From Haliotis rufescens (Eukaryota), in NCBI RefSeq assembly GCF_023055435.1, contig NW_025964383.1:13888001-13952000 (forward strand): a stretch of DNA of 64,000 bases. Direction: 5' to 3'. Positions within the stretch are counted from its first letter, which is position 1; every line of letters begins with the position of its first letter. The position numbers and the translations under genes are program-made. Positions 52,637 through 64,000 of this stretch are shown piece by piece. Below the pieces are notes generated by a model. The model was not told where the DNA came from and did no database searches. It was given only the letters and a program-made list of their open reading frames with translations.

Positions 52637-53192
52637 AGGCGATCGCTTTCTGCTCAAATGAGCCTTTTCGTACTATTAATAACGGGAGGGGGGGGGGGGG
52701 GGGGCGATCGGGTAGCCTAATAGGTACAATGTGTTGAGGCCCATTTCTGGTGTCCCCCGCAGTGATATTGCTGGAAAATGGCTAAAAGCGGCGTAAAACC
52801 ATACTCACTCACTCATTTTATTAACAGACAATGTTATATATCGGTCCAGGATGCTTTGTGTCCGAAATAGAAGGAATCCGGATCAAGGGGGTGCCCTGTG
52901 TGTACATCGTGACATCGTTGCTTCGGTAAACACGACACGTCACTTCCTGGTTGGTAAGCAGATTGTGGCACTATCAGATGTGTCGCCAGAGATCACACGC
53001 GATCGATCCTTACTTTGAATGACAGAATGCCGCGATGTGGAGAAACTGATCTCGATTAAATGAATAAATAGGGAAATGGAGTGTGAATAAATATAACAAA
53101 CACATATACAAATAACATTACAAATACCTAAGTAATAGAACATTTAAATCAGTAAATAGCGATATGTCTTTCCTTGATATCATATCTTGCCA

Positions 53193-53203
53193 GGGGATTC
53201 CCC
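53193..53203. promoter_or_regulatory. Palindromic NF-kB site upstream of TNF copy 5
   Basis: GGGGATTCCCC matches the kB consensus GGGRNWYYCC on both strands; a second kB-like site (GGGATTTCTC, minus strand) lies at 53316-53325. Confidence 0.55.
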
Positions 53204-53341
53204 TTGTATTCCCACGTTGTGCAACTGTGGTTGGTTGCCAGGTAACCGTGAATCCGGTTTTAAGCCAATCCGGGTTCAGCTTTTATTCCCGCTTTAAACA
53301 TGATTACTGAGAAATGAGAAATCCCGCTTGTTTAGGTAAGC

Positions 53342-56300
53342 ATGGTTTGGTTAACTCAAAACTCATCTCTCAAAAATAACCTCCTAAAGACAAAAGTACA
53401 TCTGATGGACGGTACTGATCATTACAATGACCCGACATATTTACATGTTAGTCATATCAACAAAGATCGCGCCGATCAAAAAATGAAGAAAAAACGACCA
53501 AGGAACAAAGAGAAAAGCAACAAAAAAGAAAAACAATGTGGATTGAAAAAACAACGTTTGGGCGTGGTCGTCCTGTTGTTGTCTATGTGTGTTAACATCA
53601 TACTCGGGATTGTATTGGTGCTGTCGATACCGATATATGGAATGTCTCATAAGTCCATCCTGGAAGTCTTGGACGTTTCAGAAGATCTCAGCACGTGTGT
53701 TTGCGTCTTGTGTTCAAGTCTTGGTATCAATGCCGAGGATGGGGCGATGAATGGACGGAAGGATGTCATTGTCATCAACATGTCACAACACTCCTTCTGT
53801 TGTCTCAGGAACACTGGCTATTTGCAAACACTAATTACAGTGGTAAGTACAACAACAGCATCAAAATGTTTACTTTTAAGCATAAACAATCTTATACTTG
53901 TTGATTACACCTTAACAATGGGATTCACGTTTAAGATACCCGAGAAGATCTGGGGAAGAATAGGTCTTCAGCAACCCATGCTTGCCGTAAAAGGTGACTA
54001 TGCCTGTCGTAAAAGGCGACTTATGGGATCGGGTGGTCAGGGTCGCTTACTTGGTTGATGCATGTCATCGATCCCAATTGCGTAGATCGATGCTCATGAT
54101 GTCAATCACTGGATTGTCTGGTCCAGACTCGATTATTTACAGTCCGCCGTCATATAGCTAAATATTGCAGAGTACGTTAAACAACACATATGAAGTTTAT
54201 GTTTGTAGATAAATAAACGCGACAACACCCTTTTTTATTATCATAAGAAATCTCTGCTAAAAGCAGTGTTCATTGTATGATGATATAACTTATGATTCCT
54301 AAGATAGTATTTTAAAATGTCAATGTGTCATGTGAACATATTTTTCAACACATATGCGTTACAAATAACGACAATGTGGACTGATTATAAACGAACACAA
54401 ATTCACATCCTCCACCTGTCGATCACGTGTCTCATAATTCAACAGCGTCTAAATAAAAGATTGGCTAGACATATTTCAATTCAAAGGCACTTGAAAAGAC
54501 GCAAACAATAGAAGGACTGGTATTTAACTCAGTAAAAGTGATATTAAGAAATTAAAGGAGGTATTTATAATTCTACATTTCTAAGAATGCACTGGCTTGT
54601 TTGTCCATCTTCAAGTATCCTGGGCCGATCTGTTTACATCAACAAAGAAACTCCCATCTTCCTTTGTGAAAGCTGAGCCGATGTGCAGCTGCCATAGCGT
54701 GTTATCGTTACATCGCTTCAGCGTCCACGAAAACTCGCTGTGTCTCATTATAGACCTTCATAGTGAGTGAGTGAGTGAGTGAGTATGGCTTTACGCCGCT
54801 TTTAGCAATATTGCAGCAATATCACGGCGGGGACACCAGAAATGGGCTTCACACATTGCACCCATATCGGGAATCGAACCTAGGTCTTCGGCGTTACGAG
54901 CGAACGCTTTAACCACTGGGCTACCCGACCGACCCTTAATGTTAATAGAACCTTGCGTGTTTTTTTTATATTCAATGAAATTTTCTTTCATCTTTTTAAT
55001 GTCATGCCGAACAAATTTCCCCAAAGCGGTCGATTAAATCATATACGTCCGCCTGTACTTTAATCCCTGCATACATCCGCATGTTTATCATCCATCCATC
55101 TTCCATCCATTATATCTACCATCCATCACATCTTCCAGCAACATATATCCATAATCTATCATTTATACTTTTTCATCCATCATCCACGTCTCTTAACTAT
55201 CATCTGTCCGACATTTCATATTTTATCCATCATCCATCATCCATCCGTAATCAAGCCGCCCTTCAACCCATCCATCATCCATCGTCAGTATATCCATCAT
55301 CTATCCATCATGCCAGACGCCATCTATCTTCGGGCACAAGGGTGGCCCAGCCGTCTTAGGCGCCTCAATTCGCTGTGCAGAGTTTCGTCCCTTTGGTATC
55401 GTGGATTCGGTTCGCCCGGATTGAATTTATTTTCGTAGGTTTGTCAACAACATGCCCGTGATCGTTGGTTTCTCAAAAGTTTGAAACGTCTCAGACATGC
55501 ATCCTTTCCCTCCCACATTAAGAGGCGACTAACGAGATCGAGTGGTCAGGCCTAGGCTCGCTGACTTGGTTGATGCATGTCATCGATCCCATTTGCGTGG
55601 ATCGATGCTCATGATATTAATCATTGGATTGTCTGGTCCAGACTCTATTATTTACAGACCGCCGTCATATAGCGTTAAACAAGAAAGAAACCAACCCACA
55701 TCAAGCTGACACACCGCGATACAACTGGAATACTGTTCAAAGCGGCGTTAAACCCAACTCACGCACTCATCTATCATCATGCATTATCCATCAGCCGTCT
55801 GACAGCCCATCCATCTATATTAATATCAGATCAAGTCGGAAAAAAGTTCAATGCGCATGACCATGTATGTGCAAATATTACCCATCATACGTATATGTAT
55901 TTAAATGTATGTTTGTCCATTAATGATATCCGCGTCCTTCCTTACTTCAGTGTCACATGTGTGTAGTTTTCAGCTCAGTTCGGGGACCATGAAGATATGG
56001 CAAGGAATGACACCAAACCGGTGTTAACAGTCCCGCAGCAAATCAAACATGGCGCTCACTTATTTCTGGATAGAAGTTATCTGAAAGGTAATTCTTAATA
56101 CACTTACATGATCACTAAACAATAAAGTAAATAAATGTCGAATGATTTCTTAATGTCTTCAAAGACTCCGAATAAAATTTTGACCGCAGTAGAGCCTGCA
56201 AGTACTTCTCATTCAATCTGAACTAAATTCACTAATATCAAGTTTATAACCATATCTTAATAATTAAAGTTAATATTTGTGAAGACGTTTACAGTAAAAC

Positions 56301-56719
56301 GCTGACCACTCCACATTGCAGATGACAAGCTGGTCTGGACCACTGATTTTGGGTACGGGTGTGCATACATTGGACACGGCATGGCGATGGACAGCGGGAG
56401 ATTACAGATCAAACAAGATGGAAGATACTTCCTCTACTCCTTCTTCACGCTAAAAACTCGCGAGACTACCAACGAGAGCCATAACGCTCTTCACACAGTC
56501 ACCCGTTATAACCCAAGGTTTCCAGAGCTGAAGAACCAGCTTCTCCTGTTTAGCAAACAAAGTCTCGCGAGAGAAAGCGAGAAGTTCGCCACGACCTATC
56601 TCGGAGCGTCATTGGTTCTGAGGAAAGGAGATGAATTGTGGGTACGAGCTGAACCCGTTTCAGCAGTGTATGCTTTCGCACCATCTAACTATTTTGGCCT
56701 GTTCAAGCTAGACAGCTGA
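53342..56719 (+). CDS. TNF-superfamily ligand, copy 5 (probably 3 exons, ~318-339 aa)
   Basis: Exon 1 from ATG 53342 or 53405 to 53842 (donor gtaagt). Exon 2 ~55967-56087 (..HGAHLFLD; acceptor ambiguous, 55967/55974/55979). Exon 3 56322-56719 (LVW..GYGCAY, DGRYFLYSFFTL, LRKGDELWV, NYFGLFKL). Confidence 0.88.
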
Positions 56720-59700
56720 CTGTTTAGAGTTTAAGACCTTTCCGGTAATCGCACACGGGGCACATCATGAGACATAAGAATAAATAAAAATGCAATATTA
56801 ACGGTATGTCCCCAAATTAACGATTTAATTGTTTTTATTAAAAACTAATGTGGAAAATCCTCTTCAAGAATTAATTTTAAATTTCCGTACAATTTTCGGG
56901 ATAAAACATACAGCCGAGTTAAAAAAATGAGACACATAATTAGTTTAATATGTTTTTAAAATTCCCTTATTAATAAATATCAGTTGCGTACACCAAACAA
57001 GAACATATTATGTAATTATGCGATTTACACATGAACAATTCTACCACATGTTTATGTTTATTAAACATGATTAATTACACTGTTGTTTTAGTTTTTTTAA
57101 CAATAAAAGTTTAGTATCTCAGTATCACAAACAAGTCGTCAGTCCCAACATTCGGTGTCCACAATGAGTGGGACCAGTCAGATTGCATCCAATCGCATCC
57201 GGGGGGCACGGGTGGCCAAGTCGTCTTTGGCGCCGCGATTCGCTGTTCAGGGTTGCGTCCCTGGGGTACGCCAGAAACCTATGGTTGTGGGTTCGAATCC
57301 CGGTTCGCCCCGATTATGTTTCTAGTTTTGTCAGTACCATACCCGTGCTCGTGGGTTTCACCGAACTGGTAAACGTCTGGGACCTGCATCACTTCGAGCT
57401 TTCCTCCCACATTAAGCTGACACGCCGCGATATAACTGGAATACTGTTAAAAGCGGCGTTAAACCCAACTCACTCACTCCAAATCGTATCCAAAGGCGTG
57501 CATCGCTGTTCAGACTGTCAGCGACTGGTTCGCTTGCTCATATTGCTTATTTACAGAACTGACTACGGCGTAAACCAATCTTCACAGATCTTAATGTACC
57601 CCCATGACTACATCTCACGTTTTCCTAGATGAAAACAGTCCTCATATTTACTCTTTTCCCAAACGAAGACCACCCATCCTAACTGTTCTGACCTACATGT
57701 AAGCATTGCGTCTGCCCTGTAAACATAATGACTTTTGCCCCACCAGTCATTGTGTCACCATTAAATAGGAAATGAACAATTGTCGCTATTGGCCTCCTTG
57801 TCTGCCCTGACAATCAGAATTTTAGCTGAAAAAAGGTTTTACATTGATTGAGCAAGTCCCACATTTTTGTCGCGAACACTGCAGGAACTTACCTTGTCAG
57901 TACGGGAGCGGAATTAAGAAATAAGATCACTCCTTCCAAATCATTTAACAAAAAAAGATAAGGTGTTTGTCCTTGTTTTCGACCCTTAATGCCCAACAAC
58001 AGGCAGGGTAACAACAAGTACCATTTTTAACGTATTCTGGTATGACGCGGACAGGGTATCGAAGGACGACTTTCCACTCTCTGAGCAGGCCATCTATCCA
58101 CTGGACAGTAGACTGTATAAAAGATCTGATTGATGACTTATCTGAAAGCCTAAAGGCAGACAAACGACTAGATGTAGTTTTGTAAAGGGCATGGATCCAT
58201 GCATGCTTTCGAATTTGCAGAAGAATTGAAAATGAGGCACATTATTAGGAAAGTTCCTCACATGACTAAGAGCTCGTATGTCCTTCGGTTAATGATATGA
58301 ATAAAAAATATTGTCTTGTCCGCAATTATTTTGTGACTGATGAAAATGAAAGGCTAGTTTAAAACTAGGACAATATATTCTTAACGCGAGCACGTAGCAG
58401 CTTTCTGAGGTATTGTATAGATAACACAAGTTTTTGTGGTTCTTGTCTTACGTCGCACTCTGCAATATAACAGCTTTATGACGGCGGTCTGTAAAATATT
58501 CGCGTCTGGACCAGACAATCCAGTGATTGACATCATGAGCATCGATCCACGCAATTGGGATCGATGACATGCATAAACCATGTCAGCAAGCCTGACCACC
58601 CGATCCCGTTAGTCGCCTCTTACGACAAGCATAGTCGCCTTTTACGGCAAGCATGGGTTGCTGAAGACCTATTCTACCCCGGAATCTTCACGGGTCTCCA
58701 GCTACATGGCGGCGGCCTGCAAATGACCGAGTCTCGACCAGAAAGTCCAGCGAAGAATGAACCACGCGTTCGGGGTACGATGACCCGCTAATCAACCAAG
58801 TCACCGAGCTCGAGACTGACCACCGGATCCATTCGGTCGCCTCTTACGACCACCATAGGTTGCTGTGGATCTATAATTCTAACCTGGAATTACCACGCGG
58901 TGAACAAAGTGCAGACATGTGATGACAATCTCTCTTAAACGACTTGACCGTTTTAAGCAGACATTTTATAAAATTGTATTTTTCATGCATATGAGTCACC
59001 AATCTATATTTGAATTTGTCATACATTTAGAATGATTTCCGGTTACATTGCATTGTTAAAGGTTTTCCACTCTTATTTTTTCAATTTCATGGGACCAAAA
59101 CGTTCCCTCGTTATAACCCGTCAGAAATCAGAACATTGTCATACATCTGAACACATGGACACTGTTCACATTATATTCATGTTATAAAATGTGTTTGAAG
59201 AAGCGAATTATAAACTACCATATCAATGTTAAGGAACTTGGAAATACCCACATGGAATCGGGAAGACGTTTAATAAAATACCTTATCATAAGCCTCCTTG
59301 ATTCGTGACTGTCCATTGGCCACATTCTCTGAAAGCTATATCAGATATGTCATTTCTGTGAAACACCAAACAGAACGTTTCAGGCTTGACATATTCAGGG
59401 GAAAAAGAGCACCGTAAAACTCCCCGTAATGACAAGGAAGTAGAGCACCAGCAACGTCTTATTGTCCTCGGTATAAGATCAAAATCTTTTCTTTTAACCC
59501 TTAGCATTGAAAGTATCGAATAACATACACGTTCGCGTGCAAGAGAAAAAACGCATGTGGCTATTCCTTTGAAATGCTTATCGAGTTATCCCCCCTTTCG
59601 TGTACGAATTAAAATGACGCGGTAAATGACGCGAGCTGGTCGAGAAACATATCACGCTCTTCTGCTGAGAAAGTATTTAACACTATTATTACATTTACAC

Positions 59701-61909
59701 GTTACATTTATTTTATGAGTTGTGACAGATATTTTTTTCAATGCTAATTCAAGTACCATGATGGAATCTTTGGTCAGACTATTTGCCAAATACCTGTCGT
59801 CACCTACAACAGAAAAGGTCGGGCCACACTGAAGAAACCCCAAACTGACCCTTTCAGGCTTGAGTGAGTGAGTGAGTATGGTTTTACGCCGCTTTTAGCA
59901 ATATTCCAGCAATATCACAGCGGGGGACACCAGAAATGGGCTTTTCAGGCTTGACATATTCAAGGAACAAAGAGCACTCAAAGTAACGTGTAACGAAAAG
60001 AAAGGACAATATGTAGACACATTTAAGAGAGTACTAAACTTTATTAATTGTGTTTACAAAACAGATAAAAACACCATGAACAGAAAACGTCGAGAAAGAA
60101 AAGAAAATGATACTATTGTGATGAGTCTTTGTCAATGTGTGCTTCGGGCATTGCTGTTGGTACAACTCACAATGAGTGTTAGGGGGCACGGGTGGCACAG
60201 TCGTCTAAGGCGCCGCGATTCGCTATGCAGAGTTGCGTCCCTTGGGCACGCCAGAAACCTATGATTGTTGGTTCGAATCCCGGTTCGCCCCGATTATGTT
60301 CCTAGGTTTGTCAGCACCATACCCGTGCTCGTGGGTTTCACCGAAGTTGTAAACGTCTGAGACCTGCATCACTTCGGGCTTTCCTCCCACATTAAGCTGA
60401 CACGCCGCAATATAACTGGAATACTGTTAAAAGCGGCGTTAAACCCAACTCACTCACTCACACATAAACGCAAACAATAACAAAAGCATGGTGGATCACT
60501 TCACCCTTATCAACACAGACTCGTCCAGGAATTTCAGAATTATTATGGCCTTTGTCAGAATGTACAGAAGTTCTTATAGTCGGGGAAAGGGATCCATTTT
60601 CCCTTCATTACAGTTCTGCATTCATTATTGAAACAAGCCCGTAGATGCAAAACAGCACAACCATCTAATGATGAATTTATTCTGATATTTATCGCGTAAT
60701 GAACAGATGAGTGTTACTGCACTGGAACTGATGTAACAAGTAGCGGATCCCCTACACATTGTGGCAGCCTCAAGGTCGTGCGGTCACCTGGCTGATTGTG
60801 TGTCAAAGTACACCGACGGCGTACACGTTCTTCATGCTATTAATCACTGGACTGTGAAGTAAAATAACACACAAGTCAGGTCCCGATGCCACATAGATAT
60901 GAAGGGCTCACATGACCACGATGCACGGCGTCATGCTAATGGCTTGCGTGACAGTTCACATGTTTTTAAATTTCCTAAATGTTGAAAGTAGAAAAGTCAG
61001 TTAAATAGTCATTAGTCGAAAATAGGCTTAATTACCCCACTTGCATTAGTATGGTGTAATATGGCTTCACCTCGAAATTGAATATCCAAGCAATTCATGA
61101 ACATCGAAAATCACACATCAACTTCGAAAATTTACTAAAAAATATATGTTTCATAATGGCGTGCGGCAACATTATCAATACATGCATCGGGACACATGTC
61201 AACAAAAATATAGCTTTTTTCATTATCTTTGGTAACTGAAAATGGCATTTACTTACGAAAGCTTAAATTACAAGGACCTGTGAGGGGGACAAGCCCCCAA
61301 ATGCCCTGTTAATTTAGCGCGTCCGCCAAAAATGGCGTCTGACCAACTCAGAAACAATTAGTAAGGATTTGGTTGGTTGATTTGTTGTTTAACGCCGCAC
61401 TCAGCAATATTACAGCTATATGACGGCTGCCTGTAAATAATCAAGTCTGGACAGGACAATCCAGTGATTGACATCATGAGCATCGATCCACGCAATTGGG
61501 ATACGATGACATGCATCAACCAGGTCAGCGAACTTGACCACCCGATCCCGTTGGTCGCCTCTTACGACAAGCATAGTCGCCTTTTACGGCAAGCATGGGT
61601 TGCTGAAGACCTATTCTAACCCGGAATCTTCACGGGTCCATGAGTAAGGAAAGAGCTTGTCCCCAGTGTCGCCAGAAAGTTGTTAGAGCCAACTTATGTG
61701 GGTCGGGTAGTCAAACCCTGTAACCTGGCTGTCAACTCTTAAAATTATTGAAAGAATCAATTTTCATTTCTAAGTCATTAGGCTGGTACACCGGACACCT
61801 TCCGCCTTTCTGTAAGGTTCGGGGCAAAAAACCTAACGCGGAACGCATAAAACTCCCAAGAACCACAAGTGATCCTGCTACAATTTATAAAGTATCGTGT
61901 TGGGCAGTG

Positions 61910-62076
61910 AGTGAGTGAGAGAGTTTGGTTTTACGCAGCTTTTAGCAATATTCCAGCAATATCACGGCGGGGGACACCAGAAATGGGCTTCACACATTGT
62001 ACCCATGTCGGGATTCGAACCCGGGCCTTCGGCGTGACGAGCGATCGCTTTAACCACTAGGCTACCCGACCGCCCC
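61910..62076 (-). mobile_element. SINE family A copy
   Basis: Consensus match, TSD tgttgggcagtgag. Confidence 0.9.
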
Positions 62077-64000
62077 TGTTGGGCAGTGAGGGCAGAGAGT
62101 GAACGTTCAAGTTGCACAGGGTTTTGATGGTGATTCATCAACACATGCCTATGACATGATTATGGAATGTGTTTGTCGCTTTATCAACACCGACCCGAGA
62201 AGGAAGTATTTTCAAACTTTTTTTTACGAGACACAAATACAGACATTGGAGCCTATAATTTAATGGCAAGGATGACATTGAAGATAACAACCTGAAAAAT
62301 GTTTAGACGTCTTGACACACATGATAAGGTGTCAAAAGTAACAAAAAGCGCAAAGGGTCATATTTGAAAAGAACTTCATACTTTAGGACCCTGCACACGT
62401 ACCTGACTGTTCACCGATACCCTGTTTCGTAGTACTTGTAAATTAATACAGAAAAGGGTCCGGCTCGCAGGAGCCTGGTGTTGTCAAAAAATTATTCATG
62501 AACAAAATAGCTATGCTTCGGGGTGTTGAAAAAAATAGAATTTGCCTGCCAAAAATGGTATTGTTGCAAGGTGTTGGTTTAAAAAAAATAGGCTCATAGT
62601 TTTAAATTAAAAAATATCTTGTTCATAGCTGTAGCTGTAAAAATATGTAGTCTCGATACAAAATCACCACCAAGGATAATCAAATGATCGGTCCCTAAGA
62701 CACGATAACATAAGTTCATGGTAGTCAGGCTGCGTTCCCCGACAGGGTGGGGTGTTGTTCATAATATCAACCACTGGTTGTGACGGGCTCAGATTCCTTT
62801 ATTTAACGGGAATATAACTGACGGCATCATACAAGGAACACACACATTTAGGAAGAATAATCTCTGTGTTTGTTTGACATGACTAAGGTTTGTATGAGTG
62901 AGTGAGTGAGTTGGGTTTAACGCCGCTTTTAAAATTATTCCAGTTACATCACGGCGTGTCAGATTCATGTTGGAGGAAAGCCGAAGTGATGCAGGTCTCA
63001 GACGTTTACCACTTCGGTGAAACCCACTAGCACAGGTATGGTGCTGACAAACCTAGAAACATAATCAGGGCGAACCGGGATTCGAACCCACAATCATAGG
63101 TTTCTGGCGTGCCCAAAGGGCAACTCTGGGAAGCGAATCGCGGCGCCTTAGACGACTGTGCCACCCGTGCCCCCTTGCATCAATTCCACTTGCAACAAAA
63201 ACCGAAATAACATAAAACCGAAATACCATAATGTCACACTGATAATTCAATAGTACGATGACAGTAACAAGGTTACTTTGTTTGGGGCAGAGGTACAAAC
63301 ATCGATACCCAAAAGACACAAACGGTTTAAGCAGCGAGTTAGTTTGGTTGAACGCCTCTTTTAAAAGCATTTCTGTTTTATCACGGCGTGTCAACTTAAT
63401 ATAAGAGGAAAGCCTGAAGTGATGGAGGTCTCAGACGCGTACCAAAAGCACGAGAATTGTGCTTACAAACCAAGACGTATAATCAGGGAGAAGTTGGGAT
63501 TCAAACCCATTGTCGAAGGATTCTGGTACGCCTAAGGGAAGCAACTCTGTACAACGAAACGAGGCGTCATTCACGACTGAACCACCCGTGCCCCCGACGT
63601 TTTAAATATTTTTTCATAGTTAATTATTCTCTTTTAAGGAATGTTTGTTTGTTGTTTAATGCCACACTCAACAATATTCCACCTTTATGATGGCGGGCTG
63701 TAAATAATCCAGACTGGACCAGACAATTCAGTGATTGACATCATGAGCATCGATCTACGCAATTGGGATACGATGACATGCATCAACCAAGTCAGCAAGT
63801 CAGACCACCCGATCCCGTTAGTCTCCTCTTACGATAAGCTTAGTCACCTTTTAAGGCAAGCATTGGTTGCTGAAGACCTATTCTACCCCGGGCAGCATTT
63901 GAACCACCTATAATTATTATATAAACATTCAAAGTACATTAAGTATCTACATTTTTCCTTTCACGTAAAAACACAATAATTTTCAAAAAGGGCTTTCGCT

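Noticed and set aside
54446-54520. Possible extra micro-exon of TNF copy 5 (TYFNSKALEK..)
   Set aside because: Weak acceptor without a pyrimidine tract, a weak donor, and not needed for frame.
15352-56719. Assigning vertebrate symbols (TNFSF10, FASLG, TNF, FMO5)
   Set aside because: One-to-one orthology cannot be established by eye, and the diagnostic residues differ.
60076-60180. Basic then hydrophobic ORF resembling a sixth TNF exon 1
   Set aside because: No S-x3-N, no Cys stalk and no downstream THD exon; the ORF runs into a SINE.

Overview
AT-rich, intron-containing, repeat-dense animal DNA. The repeat landscape and TNF type suggest a mollusc, probably an abalone-like gastropod (inference, not provable here). 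All recognisable genes are on the + strand. (1) One 6-exon flavin-containing monooxygenase (FMO, 7386-11931, 530 aa) with a non-canonical NADPH-binding signature. (2) A head-to-tail array of five strongly diverged TNF-superfamily ligand genes (15352-18331, 21572-24829, 29221-33766, 45601-49250, 53342/53405-56719), each spliced by hand into an intact type II membrane protein with a C-terminal TNF homology domain (THD). All five share an S-x3-N motif in the transmembrane helix and a stalk module C-x2-C-x(24-28)-C-C-x13 that ends exactly at a phase-0 intron. Their upstream regions carry NF-kB, ISRE/IRF, ETS and RORE-like motifs, including a duplicated ISRE-RORE-kB module and a ~137-bp block conserved at about -1.8 kb of two paralogs. 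The rest consists of four short retroposon families sharing one 3' stem-loop, Penelope-like and LINE fossils, MITEs, a 5-kb 30-bp minisatellite, other tandem repeats and seven N-gaps. Exon models are manual predictions without transcript support. Repeat boundaries are approximate unless a TSD is quoted.
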